Below are positions 9,736 through 20,961 of a stretch of 64,000 nt of DNA, piece after piece; the first letter of the stretch is position 1, and the number at the start of each line of letters is the position of its first letter. Under the pieces are notes generated by a model. That model saw nothing but the letters and a program-made list of their open reading frames with translations. It searched no databases and had not been told where the DNA came from. The position numbers were made by a program, and so were the translations under genes. The stretch is from NCBI GenBank assembly GCA_000165345.1, contig CM000433.1:672001-736000 (forward strand). The letters run 5' to 3'.

Positions 9736-12252
9736 ATGTTAAATGAAGAGTATTGGAAATCCAAGAAAAGCGATGAGGCTTTGGTATTAGTTAAAAATGT
9801 CGATCCCAAAGAATTGACAAGTATTTGTACCATATCCCCATTTAAGCTTAAAGAGGAATGGTTAAATTACTTAGTGAAATTAGATAATTATGAGAAAGAA
9901 ATTCTAATTGGCCAGAATTGTAAATTAATTTGTGGATCAACAAAAGATTCAACAATAAAGATTTTTTGTGAGGAAGATGAAGACGAATTTTTGTCTTGTT
10001 TTAATATAGTAAATGTAAATACGCATGAGAAGGTTGAATATAATATTAAGAGCATTTATAGTATTATTAGACAAGAAAGTATGGAAGAACTAAGATACAG
10101 TTTGGAAGATGATTCTTCATTAGAATCACTTTATAAAGATATTATAATAATCATAAATACAGAAAATAAATTATTGTCTTGCAAGATTCCCTTGCATTAT
10201 ATATTAACTTTGTATATAAGGAGTCGGATTAGAAGAATTAGAGAAAAGCTTGGAAACTATCAAAATTCCGATATTAGTGTCTCAAATATTAGAAAAACTT
10301 TATGGATTTATCAAATAGAGAATATTAGTGGTACAAATTTAATTTCTTGTTATAACATTAATAATGTTTATCCTTATATACTATTAATTTCTAAAGATGA
10401 AGAAAAAGAGTTCAAAATGAACCTTTGTTTGATTTCACTAAATAGAATGGATTTTGAACTAAATATGGAATTTGAAAAGACAGGAAATCCTTTGAATATT
10501 ATTTGTTATAACAGCTTTATTTTGGGAGATAATTCATCTTATTTTGAGATTCTTGAGAATGGAATTGGATTCTTTCCGTTAAAATCCAGTTATATTTGGG
10601 TAATTACAACAAAAAAAACAGTAAGTGAGAGGATATTAGAAAATAATGATAATAATAATGAATTAAGGTTGGATAAAGATATCTTTGACAATAATGAAAA
10701 TGAAGAATTAAAAATAGAGGATCTTTCAGAAAGCTCAAGTTGTTGTTTCTATTTATTTGAATCAAATAGAAGTGAAATAAAACATAGAGGGAATATGTTA
10801 TGTACAAATTATGATATAGAATTTTTTAGGATCTTGAATTTGACTTGTACAAATGAAGGAAAAGATCAAACAGGAATTAAAGAGTATATAATAAGAACAG
10901 TTTCTTCAACAAAAAATCCGAATGGTTTGTTTTGTTTTGATTTCAAGCTCAGAATAAACCCAAATAGTTCAGAAAGTGACAGGATGGTCATTTTGTCATT
11001 AATTTTCATGCCAATTTTGGAAAGAGAAGTTGATAGACACATTGATAATGGAGATACAAGAAATTATTTGAACTATTCTTTTGGAAACAATGATGGCAAA
11101 AGTCTTAATAGAAGCAAAAATGATGAGGTTAGTTCATTTTCTAGAGGATATAATAATTTAAGAATCACTACTTTATGTGTAATACCAAATTATATTCTTT
11201 TATTATTTGGAAGAAATATAGAAAATGAATTACGTGAGAATTTTCCTTTGATATTTTGTGGATTATCAAATGGTGAATGGAGAACTTATAGTATAAAATC
11301 ATCATTAAAGACAAGGAGGAGTGAAATACAAGACAAAATTAACCTAAGCACTGATGATATTGGATTTTTTGTTCTTAAAGGAGTTCACTTACTAAGAGGA
11401 GATGAGCTTTCTATAAATAATCAGCTTGATGGCTTAAATTTAAGTATTACCCCTTCATGCTGGAGTTTTGATCGTAATACCAAAATGTCAATACTATCAG
11501 TGGCAGCATCAAATAGTATTGGTAATGTATTCTTGTGGTGTTTAGAAAATGAGAGAAGACAGCTTCCATCAAAAAATATACTTTCTAAAAAAAAAGAAAT
11601 AACAAAAGAGAAGAACATAAGCTTTGAAATATCATCAAAAGAGATAGAATCAAAGCTCAGCAATATAAAAAATGAGCAAGATAAAGAGAAAAGAGGTTTA
11701 ATATCGTCAAATAAAGTTTCAAAGAACAAAGATATTCTGAAAACTATGGACGAACATATTAGAAGAATTGATGAAAGGTTGAGAAAAGTAAAAATTCAAG
11801 AGGAAATAATCTCAGACGCTGAGAGACGTCGAGAAAAAGTGAGAAAAAATAAGGAAAAGTTGAAACCAAGGAGGAAGCTAACGAAAGAGGAAGCCGCCAA
11901 TTTTGTTCCAGACTGTTTGAGCAGGTCAGTTAGCCCCAGAAAAGGATGTAATTCCTGTAACTACTCAGACCCTGATGAGAAGAAGCCATTTTTCTTTAAA
12001 TCAAAATATGATAATTTTGACCATAAAAGATATAGAAGCTACTATAAGGATAATGATCACGAATATCTTTTCCAATTAAATAATTTTCTAAATATAGAGT
12101 GTATTTACAAGTCTAAATTGTTCACAGAGGCAGGAAACAATATTAAAAACCCACAAATTTTTAATGAAATTGTTGACTTTGATCGTCTTTGCTCTAAATG
12201 GTCAAAAAATATTAGTGACGATATTCATTTCGATGAAATTTTAAATGAATAA
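9736..12252 (+). CDS. Hypothetical protein of 838 aa, with a K/E/R-rich coiled-coil-like C-terminal third and no recognisable family.
   Basis: Long uninterrupted ORF. The E2F-like motif TTTGGCGGGAAC at 9441..9452 lies about 285 nt upstream of the start. Confidence 0.55.
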   Translation: MLNEEYWKSKKSDEALVLVKNVDPKELTSICTISPFKLKEEWLNYLVKLDNYEKEILIGQNCKLICGSTKDSTIKIFCEEDEDEFLSCFNIVNVNTHEKVEYNIKSIYSIIRQESMEELRYSLEDDSSLESLYKDIIIIINTENKLLSCKIPLHYILTLYIRSRIRRIREKLGNYQNSDISVSNIRKTLWIYQIENISGTNLISCYNINNVYPYILLISKDEEKEFKMNLCLISLNRMDFELNMEFEKTGNPLNIICYNSFILGDNSSYFEILENGIGFFPLKSSYIWVITTKKTVSERILENNDNNNELRLDKDIFDNNENEELKIEDLSESSSCCFYLFESNRSEIKHRGNMLCTNYDIEFFRILNLTCTNEGKDQTGIKEYIIRTVSSTKNPNGLFCFDFKLRINPNSSESDRMVILSLIFMPILEREVDRHIDNGDTRNYLNYSFGNNDGKSLNRSKNDEVSSFSRGYNNLRITTLCVIPNYILLLFGRNIENELRENFPLIFCGLSNGEWRTYSIKSSLKTRRSEIQDKINLSTDDIGFFVLKGVHLLRGDELSINNQLDGLNLSITPSCWSFDRNTKMSILSVAASNSIGNVFLWCLENERRQLPSKNILSKKKEITKEKNISFEISSKEIESKLSNIKNEQDKEKRGLISSNKVSKNKDILKTMDEHIRRIDERLRKVKIQEEIISDAERRREKVRKNKEKLKPRRKLTKEEAANFVPDCLSRSVSPRKGCNSCNYSDPDEKKPFFFKSKYDNFDHKRYRSYYKDNDHEYLFQLNNFLNIECIYKSKLFTEAGNNIKNPQIFNEIVDFDRLCSKWSKNISDDIHFDEILNE

Positions 12253-12666
12253 TAACCTCAGAACAATATTTATTCCATTTTCCTTTTTTTTGCTTTAGAA
12301 CATTTCAAATCTTCAGTTTTACATAAATAATATTATTAATTTATCATTCAATTATTCCGATTTTTTATTTGATTTTTAACCATTTCCTCACTTATTGCAT
12401 GCATGCAGTATTTAAATTAATGTGGTCAGGTCAGGCGCCAAATTTTTATATTAAGAAGAAAATTAAATTATATTTTGTATTAATAATTAATATAATTGTT
12501 TATGTTATAGGTTTGGGTTTAAGTTTAAAAGAAAGAAGCAAGTATAGTTTTTATTAAAGAATATCCAAGATAAATAATTAATATCAGTGTTTTTTTTAAG
12601 AAGATAGACGTATTATGCAAACACAACTTTTGATAATTAGGTTAATTTGAGTGATAATGCGCTGAA

Positions 12667-13005
12667 ATGAGTAATACTGTGAAAACTGTAACTACAATAA
12701 ATGAACAAGTAATTGAAGTAGTATCAAATTTGGAAACAAATAAAATTTCAGAAAAACTAGAGGATATATCCACTAAAGTTAATCAACTATTAACAGGTTA
12801 TATAAGTAAAGAAAATGATGAATCAAGTGTAAGTAGCCAAGATGAATATGAAGGTCAAACAAGTGAAGAAACAAGCCTTAATAAGTGTTTGAACGCCAAA
12901 TACAAAAGCGCAAACTATGAAAGCGAAAAAGAATCAAATCCAGTAGATAATTCAGAAACAACTAGTAGAGGCAAAAGGCATAAAAAAGATACTAGTGATA
13001 AATAA
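12667..13005 (+). CDS. Small S/E-rich hypothetical protein of 112 aa. Whether it is truly coding is uncertain.
   Basis: It is the only ORF in this spacer of 60 aa or more. TGCATGCATGCA and GGCGCC motifs precede it at 12398..12450. There is no homology support. Confidence 0.3.
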   Translation: MSNTVKTVTTINEQVIEVVSNLETNKISEKLEDISTKVNQLLTGYISKENDESSVSSQDEYEGQTSEETSLNKCLNAKYKSANYESEKESNPVDNSETTSRGKRHKKDTSDK

Positions 13006-13125
13006 GAAGTAGAATAAAACTAGTAATAATAAAATTATTAGTCTCCCAAAGACTAGATTGACTATGTGTGTAAGTGTTTTCTACTTTTAGTAACTAAAAC
13101 TCTAAAATACCAAGCTTCTTGATAA

Positions 13126-13728
13126 TTAAGCTATAATTCCTAATCTACCTGGATAGTAGTTTGTAGCTGGGAAGGAAAATTCAGCTTCTTTGTTGGTAAG
13201 TCTCTTGTAAACTGCACCAAAAACATCAACTTTATCGGCGATATCCTTATCCTTATCTTTAGGGTCAAGGATTACCTTTAATAAAGTACTTCCATCAACA
13301 CGGTATCTAAGACGTTTTCCAACAATATCACTTGGACCACAGATATCCTCCAACAATGCATCATGTACAGCTGTAAGTGTTCTTGATCTTGGTCTTGACT
13401 TGAAACCATATTTACGATAGTTTCTTGGTAAGATTGATCTTTGACCAATCATAACAACTGGGCACTTAAGTTTCTTCTCTAATTCAGCAATGATACGTCC
13501 TTGAATCTTACGTACATATGCCATGAAAATTGCATATGGAACAAATACTGCAACTGCCTTTCTTGAACCACAATCAATTTCCTTTGCAGTTGAGAAAACT
13601 ACTGATTGAACGATCGCTTTCAACTCCTCGTCATTGCTTGATGATTCGATGTCTTGGAAGCATCTCTCAACATCCTTTTCCAATTGGGTGAGTGGTGAAT
13701 CGTTCTTCTTGATACACTTTCCTTTCAT
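13126..13728 (-). CDS. RPS7: 40S ribosomal protein S7e.
   Basis: [10 protein letters not shown]...[12 protein letters not shown]...[59 protein letters not shown]...[18 protein letters not shown] aligns with eukaryotic S7e, which carries [30 protein letters not shown] and FEFP. Its promoter region (13850..13990) carries GGCGCC, GCGCGCGCGCGC and TGCATGCA motifs. Confidence 0.85.
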   Translation of the reverse strand: [200 protein letters not shown]

Positions 13729-14722
13729 TGTTAGAGTATGTTATTAGCCAGCCTCTCAACTACAAAAAAACTGTTCTAAAGTTAATGCCTTTATTTAATT
13801 CTTGTAATTTAACCCTTTTTTTTTACCTGGTACTTTTTTAGGCGCTACCTTTTTTTTCCTTGCTTTTGTTTGTCTCAAGTTCCTTTTATTTCCAAAATCA
13901 TTGGCGCCGTCTTTAATAAAATAAAGCGCGCGCGCGCAAATGCATGTACTCCCGCTTTATAATTTTTCTATGTATTTGTGCATGCAATATTGTTCAAGAT
14001 GCTTTATGAATTATAAATGTTTATCAAATGAAATATAAACAAAAGGTTTAATTATAGAATTTAATTAATATTTCAAATATTTTGAATTTGTCAACTGAAA
14101 TTTATTTTAAGTAAGATTTAACTATTAGTTTGATTTTTTTTTTTAAATTAAATCTGTGTAGAAATTTAATTCAGGTACCTTAGTACCCAAAAAAAAAAAG
14201 AATTTATTCTAAGAGCAATATAAAATAATGTTAAATTAATAATTATTGTTATATTAAATTTAAAAAGTGGCATAATTATATCAACATTTGTCTTTTTTTT
14301 TTTAATAATTTTTGAATATTTAAAAAATAGTCATTAGTAATTCGTCTAAAAATGATTTAAAAAAAAAAAAAAAAAAAGAAATACTATACATCAAAATATC
14401 AATAAAACTACATCTTTGTATAATAAAATGAATTAATAACTTTTGAAAGCATACTCTAATTAATGATTTTTTTTCTTTTGTAAAACATGCAAATTTAAAT
14501 ATTAATGTGTGCGTGTGAATTTAACTCCAATATTAAAAGTTATTCGAGTATTTAAAGTTGCAAATTAAAAAGAAAAAAATTAAAAATAACAACTAATTGA
14601 TATTATTTGAATAAACCATTATAATTCTTTATTATGGTTTATTTTGCAATAAATTAGGAAGAAAAAAAAAATTTTATTATTAATTTCTAATTGGCATTAT
14701 TTTGAAGAAATAACAATTTAAA

Positions 14723-15536
14723 ATGCATGCAAGAAGATTAAATAGCACAAAACTTGAGGAAATAACATATCTCCCAGAGGAAGAAGATATTCTAATTTGG
14801 CATTCAAAGAGTTTAGAAAGTAAAGAAAAAAGTAATCTAGAACATCGACATTCTAGTAAAGCCAAAAAGAATTCCAATAATTTAAAACTGCAGACAAAAT
14901 TGATTTCTTCCCCAGATACTGAAAAACAAACCAAACTAGTAAATAAATTCCATACAATTCCAGAGGACTCAAAAACTAGTGTTTTTGATCGTCTTCTAGA
15001 TCCAAAGCTTTACACTGGAATGCATAAATATAGATTTGACAAAGATGGAAATGGACTAGGAAAAGCAGGTAGAGAATATTTATTCAGGGAGGATGGATAT
15101 ACTGAAAGCACAAAAAGAAAGCACGAAGTTGTTAGCTCCTCAATTAAGAGACATTCATATGCAAATATTTCCAGTAACGACTTCTTACAAAAAGCTAAAG
15201 TTATTTGGCTTTATAAAAATGGGGATAAATATGATAAAGGAACAATTTATTATGTTAAACCATATATCAGAAATATGACCCAACTACTTAATGAAATCAA
15301 TAGGGTAAGTCCAATCATTAATTCTTTTATTATTTTGCATTAATTTTTTGTTCACACTCCAGAATGTCAGACTTTTAGGCGGGCCCGTCAGAGCATTGTA
15401 TGATCAGGGGTTAAAACAAATTAATGGTGTATCAGAAATTGTAGATGGGGCAAAATATTTGTGTACTTCCGGAGAACAGCCAACATCAATTGAAAAGTTG
15501 GAAAAATTTTTGAGTTATTGGATAATTAATAAATGA
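14723..15536 (+). CDS. Apicortin: a partial p25-alpha (TPPP) domain followed by a doublecortin (DCX) domain. Two exons, 14723..15304 and 15363..15536.
   Basis: The p25-alpha signature is KLYTGMHKYRFDKDGNGLGKAGREYLFREDGYTES, matching the TPPP C-terminus [21 protein letters not shown]. The DCX-like part is KVIWLYKNGDKYDKGTIYYVKPY...NVRLLGGPVRALYDQGLKQINGVSEIVDGAKYLCTSGE. A 58-nt intron runs from GTAAGT at 15305 to CACTCCAG ending at 15362, with phase 0 on both sides. TGCATGCA sits at the start codon. Confidence 0.75.
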
Positions 15537-15877
15537 TTTTTCAATATCTTTTGTAGATGATAAAGATATCTCGTTGACATTCGTATTTACAACTTATTTG
15601 AAATTATATTTTACTAAAGAAAAAATTATTAAAAGTTTGTATATAATAATAACAGTAATAATAAGAAATTAACTAATTATAATCATTAATATTGAAATCT
15701 TGTTTGAATTTAAAGGAGAAATCAATGTATGATATTTCTACTCCAGAAACCCTAACTAATTGAATTTATGAATCTTTACTAGATAGGCGCATTCAAAGTA
15801 TAAACTGAGTGGAAATATTGACATTAGAATTTGCTCGATTTCCATTATTGAGCTTTTCATTAGAAATGTTTGTCTAA

Positions 15878-16813
15878 TTAATTACCATATCTTTTGCATA
15901 GATTTTGCCAAGCATGATATGTAAAATTGGAGATAATTCCAGTATTTTTCTCAAAATCAGACGAAATACTTGAATTGGCCAAAAAAACTAAAACCTTCTT
16001 GTCTTTACTTGTATTATTCTTAATGACAGTATTTGGAGAAGTAATTGAAATAAGGGAATCTTTTAGCAAAGATAATAGTGAAAATAAATTAAAACATGTA
16101 TTTGCAAAACCATATTGTTGATCTTTTTCTAAAACAAGCTCCCATAATTCAATACCCTCATTATTTATATCTTTTTCTTGTATTTTATTCAATAACTTAT
16201 TTTTGAATTCCTGTAATATTTGAATATTTTGTGTATCGTGAACATCTTCATCTTCTAAGGTTTTTGTTTCTTTCGATATTGTATTCTTAGTCCTGTTATT
16301 AACAACTCTAACCCTTTTTGCAGGTGGCTCACTATGGGTTTCTTGACTGAGTAAACCTTGTAATGTGTTAAATTTAATATTGTTAATTGGGAAAACGTTT
16401 ATTGTAAAATGATCATTAAACCATCCATTCCAATTCAATTTGACAAATTCATCATCATTTTCTGTAGGAAAGTCAGAATCCTCCTCAGATGTATCATTTT
16501 GCTGAGGCTTTTTATTCATGTATTTATCTTTCCAATTTTTTAATATGTTTCTTAACAATGAGTTTTGAGATTGTTTATATATCTTGTTATATCTTTTTTC
16601 ATTTACAAGTGCCTTTACTGATCCAAATTCACAAAGTAGTGAAAATGTCCGATAATCAGACTCACCAATATTTTCAAAAAACTCATCATCTTTTAATACA
16701 TATTCTTTGTATTCTGATCTCTTCTGTGGATCGCTTAGAAGGTCTTGATTTTTCTCAATTGCCCTTGTTAATTCTCTTATTTTTGAATGAATTGGCTCAC
16801 CCTCCATTGCCAT
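15878..16813 (-). CDS. Nse4/EID3-like non-SMC element 4 (kleisin of the SMC5/6 complex), 311 aa.
   Basis: The central RTFSLLCEFGSVKAL and the C-terminal YGFANTCFNLFSLLSLLKDSLISIT resemble the conserved Nse4 C-terminal motif (..SF.QTVENLFYLSFLIKDG..). Single ORF. Confidence 0.5.
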   Translation of the reverse strand: MAMEGEPIHSKIRELTRAIEKNQDLLSDPQKRSEYKEYVLKDDEFFENIGESDYRTFSLLCEFGSVKALVNEKRYNKIYKQSQNSLLRNILKNWKDKYMNKKPQQNDTSEEDSDFPTENDDEFVKLNWNGWFNDHFTINVFPINNIKFNTLQGLLSQETHSEPPAKRVRVVNNRTKNTISKETKTLEDEDVHDTQNIQILQEFKNKLLNKIQEKDINNEGIELWELVLEKDQQYGFANTCFNLFSLLSLLKDSLISITSPNTVIKNNTSKDKKVLVFLANSSISSDFEKNTGIISNFTYHAWQNLCKRYGN

Positions 16814-17327
16814 TAACTTAAAATCTACTCAAAATAATATTTTCATTGCTGAAATAGCAAAAAAATTACAAAAAAAGTTAACTTCTACTTAGTTTCCAAG
16901 AATAACTTGATATTATTATTATTATTATTTTTTTTTTCCAATTTTCTATACCGGTATTACCCACATTTTAGGCGCCATACATGTAATTTGCATGACAAAT
17001 TTTGCATTTATTATTGCATAATGGCTGACAAATTTTAAATAAATAGTTGAAACCAAAATCACAGATTAGTCTCGAAATTGAGTAAGTTATAAAATAGGAA
17101 AAAAATGTAATAAAATTGGAAAGGATTTAAAGATTATACAAAGAAGAAAAATAAAATAACTAGGATAGGAAGAAAGAATTAAATAATTCAAATAATGTCA
17201 GAATAAAATAATAACCAAGATAATCGTTTCTGAAGAATAATAAACTAAGCATAATTATTATGTATACTCATATTTTTAAGAATATATATTTATATGAACA
17301 ATAAAAGTACATAATAAGTCAATAAAA

Positions 17328-20051
17328 ATGAAAAAAAATTATCATTTTAAAATAATAACGAATTTGTTGTTAATATTATTTTTATATAAGATTGAAGTTT
17401 TTGAATCTGTTGAAATTGAAGGCATACAACTAATAGGAAAGAAAAATAATGGAATTACATCATTCTATAATATCAGATATGGTGTAGCAAATCGTTTTCA
17501 ACCACCCAAATTATTATCAATTACTGAAGCTGTAATTATGGACGAGGATAGAACATCCAAAATTCCAAAAAGCTATGATTTATCAACAAATAAAGGCTCA
17601 TCATGTCCTCAAGACTGCTCAGATACTCAGCAAACAAGTCAAAAGACTTTTCTATGTAGAGGAACTGAGCCTGAAACTCAATCTGAGGCTTGCTTAACTT
17701 TGAGTGTATTTACAGCAACTAATCAGATTGAGGAAATATTGAGCCAGTTTTCTACTGTTGCAAAACATGTTTCTTCAAATAATACTCAAATTAATATGCT
17801 TTCAAGTGTAAATAATACTCTTATGAATAATCTTAATAAACAAAAATCAACCATATCTTCAATTGTACAAGCTAATATGTCATCTTTAAAGCCTGTCTAC
17901 GTTTTTATTCATGGTGGATTATACCTATTTGGATCTTCCAATTCTGAAACTAACTTTGGAGAAAAACTTGCAGAATCTGGAGCTGTAATTGTTACTATCA
18001 ATTATAGGCTTGGAATTCTTGGATGGTTAAGAACAAAAAATCTTTCATCTGGAAATATGGGATTTCTTGACCAAAGAATTGCTTTAGAATGGATTCACAA
18101 ATACATTGTAAATTTTGGAGGTGATCCTAATCGAATTATTCTTGCAGGACATAGTGCAGGAGCTAAATCAGTATTATGCCATTCAGTTACTGAAGAAAGT
18201 AATAAGTATTTCTCAGGTGTAATCATCCACTCTGGAGCTCTCTCTCAAAATGAAACTGCTCTTAAAGAGGCGGAAAATATGGGTGAAATGGCTGAAGCCA
18301 TTGCATCTGAAAAGTGTCTTGCAACTATATTAAGCTGTACAACTAAGCAATTATTGGAAATTCAAAAAGAGGTTAGAACACAAATAGTTCGATCTAATCC
18401 ATCCAAAGCTCTTCATTCTTGGTCTCCAATTGTTGATGGAGTTATTATCAAGGACTCTTGTAGAAATCTGGCATTATCTGGATCTATTCCTAAAAATATC
18501 AATGTAATTATCAGTACAACCAATTCAGAAGGTGTTCAATTCTTTAGATCATTTATTGCTTATTTACCAGCAATTTCAAGAGGTCTTGCTACTAGTAATT
18601 TTGCTTTTAGGTACCTAGTATCAAGAGTATTTGGCCCAAAAGCAGGAGAAGCTATGAAAATATATAGTAATAATAACTTTGCAAATTCTGCATCAATAGC
18701 TTCAGATTATGAAATATCTGATCCAAATTATGATTTGCAAAATAATACTAATATTAATCATGATAATTCTTCCTATGTTAATAATGAAACAATATCCAAT
18801 CCTATTGAAATTCAAAAAGAGGATAATGAAACTATGATTGGATTCAAAGCTGATGATATTAAATATGCAGATAAAGAAAATAATCAGATTGTTTCTAGTT
18901 CTGGATTTAATTTGTTCCAGGTTGGAAGAAATAGAGATGAAGAAAAGTGGAATGGTATAATTGATGATCCTGTGGCTTTAGCATATGCAAGAATGATTGG
19001 GGACTTTATATATAGTGTAAGTTTTTTTATTAAACAATATTTTATTCAAATTAATCCTTTATTTATTTCAGTGCCCAGCAAGAATGTTCATTAAGAAGCT
19101 ATCACAGTATAATCCTAATGTATATGGCTACTTTGTTAATAGTGGTTTTAAATGGACTGAAGGATTAAAGAAAGGATATGAAGTTAATAATAGTTCTTTT
19201 ATTTCTGGTAAGTTTTAAAGATTTCATTCATTTACATATTAATATCATTTCTCTTTTCAAAGAAATATTCCAAGCTCCCAAGTTTTCACTGAGAAATACT
19301 CCAAAAGGAGTAGTATGCCAAAACGACGATGTTGCCTGTAAAACTTATGTATATGATTGTAGCGATACCAGATTAGTTTGCCATATGGAAGATATGATTT
19401 GGTTATTCCAGACTTTTCCAAATAAATTGAATGATAATGTTGATCGAGTTTTTATTAATGAGCAGAATCTAGCTTTAACATTTTTCTCTCAATTAATTAA
19501 AAAGTCTTTGGGAGAAACTGAGACTCTTTCAAAAAAACAACAACAAATCTTCAGAAAGTCATCTTTCCCTGAATCTCTTGATATTTCTCCAGATGTTAAT
19601 TCTTGGGATTCATTTTCTGATGGAGGTAAGTCTAAATTATCTTTTTTTCCCCCTAAAAGAAAAAATCTTACAATTTGTAATTAATTTTATAGGTAAAATA
19701 CTTCAGCTTAATGGTAACAAGACTGAATTAGTTTCTGATTTCAAATCAGAAGAATGTGAGCTTTGGGAATGGAGAAATAATGACTTATCCATGACTTTCC
19801 ACCAACTAATTGATTCAAAGACTATTCCACAATCAAAGAATAATGTTGATAGTAATACCTTCACTGGTGTCAGCAGAAATGATGAGAATGAAAGTAGAAA
19901 TCTGAATATTAATCTGTTAGATGAAAACATTGAAAATCCTAATAGCAGCCTTTCAGATGATCAATTCAGTCAAATCTCAATCTTAACTCAAAATGATACA
20001 AAAAAAGATATTTCAGATAACTCCAATATTAATGGTAATGAGGAAATTTAA
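17328..20051 (+). CDS. Secreted type-B carboxylesterase/cholinesterase-family protein (alpha/beta hydrolase). Four exons: 17328..19016, 19072..19207, 19263..19625 and 19693..20051.
   Basis: There is an N-terminal signal-peptide-like segment, MKKNYHFKIITNLLLILFLYKIEVFES. Family motifs are SEACLTLSVF (EDCLYLNVW), PVYVFIHGGLYLFGS (oxyanion HGG), GNMGFLDQRIALEWIHKYIVNFGGDPNRIILAGHSAGA (nucleophile elbow G-H-S-A-G), TNSEGV (acyl-pocket Glu), and in exon 2 CPARMF...VYGYFVNSGFKWTEGLKKGYEV. Introns are GTAAGT..TTTCAG, GTAAGT..CAAAG and GTAAGT..TTTTATAG, and the phases close. Confidence 0.7.
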
Positions 20052-20297
20052 TGATTATTAATTGATTTATGTATATATTATATATATATTTATATTTTTT
20101 ACGCAATAAAAATATATAGATTCTTAAACTTCTCAATGAAATAATCAATAAGTAATAATCGTTCTTATAATATTATTATCATTATTCTAGTTTCTAATTT
20201 AGATTCCTAAATAAACCATTTTGATTTGCCGAAAAATCCAATTTTGGATAAATCAGTATCAATGTTTCAAAATACAAAAGATATTCAATTTCGTATT

Positions 20298-20783
20298 TCA
20301 TGAAACTTTAACTTGAGAACCTTGAAAGTAAAGCTTCATAAAATATGCATCTTCCTTATCAGCATAATACTTGGCTTCTATACTATCTACCTTGTAATTT
20401 AATGCCTTTTGATACAAATTCTTTGCAGTATAATTTGAAATCCTTACATGCAAACTGCAGTATGGAGCATTATATATACTCTGCATACCATGATGATTTT
20501 GTGTAAGTAGCTTCTTTGCTAACCCAAATCCTCTATGTGTTCTTAAAACTGCTATTGAAGTAATATGTCCATGTAGGGGATTTGAATCATCTTCAATCTT
20601 GCCAAGAACATACCCTACAGACTTGTTTGGGTCATTTGAATCGGTTGCTATATCCAAAAGTTGTGGCCAAGTCATTGAATGATAATAATAATACTTAATT
20701 TGGTAGTTCTCTGGTAAACAGTACAAATTGTTCTGTTGTATTGTGAACAAATCATCTATTGTGGCTCTTCTAATACAAGCCAT
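20298..20783 (-). CDS. NAA10: N-alpha-acetyltransferase 10 (NatA catalytic subunit, Ard1).
   Basis: MACIRRATIDDLFTIQQNNLYCLPENYQIKYYYYHSMTWPQL...GHITSIAVLRTHRGFGLAKKLL...YCSLHVRISNYTAKNLYQKALNYKVDSIEAKYYADKEDAYFMK aligns closely with Ard1/NAA10 ([93 protein letters not shown]). Confidence 0.85.
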   Translation of the reverse strand: MACIRRATIDDLFTIQQNNLYCLPENYQIKYYYYHSMTWPQLLDIATDSNDPNKSVGYVLGKIEDDSNPLHGHITSIAVLRTHRGFGLAKKLLTQNHHGMQSIYNAPYCSLHVRISNYTAKNLYQKALNYKVDSIEAKYYADKEDAYFMKLYFQGSQVKVS

Positions 20784-20936
20784 TCCTCCCCCAAAATTTT
20801 GTGTCTATCTTAGTTCTATTCCTTAATTCTTTGTTTCTAATTTCTTTTAACTCTTCTCCTTCTTTTCTATCCACACCTGATCTTATTCTAATTTTCTTAT
20901 TATATTTGTGCATTTTTCTTTTATTTCAACTTGCTC

Positions 20937-20961
20937 AATTTTGGCGCCACAACTTCCCGCC
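20937..20961. promoter_or_regulatory. Paired E2F-like elements AATTTTGGCGCCACAACTTCCCGCC in the divergent promoter between NAA10 (minus strand) and the 21579 gene.
   Basis: The GGCGCC palindrome and TTCCCGCC lie within 25 nt of each other, between divergent starts at 20783 and 21579. Confidence 0.4.
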
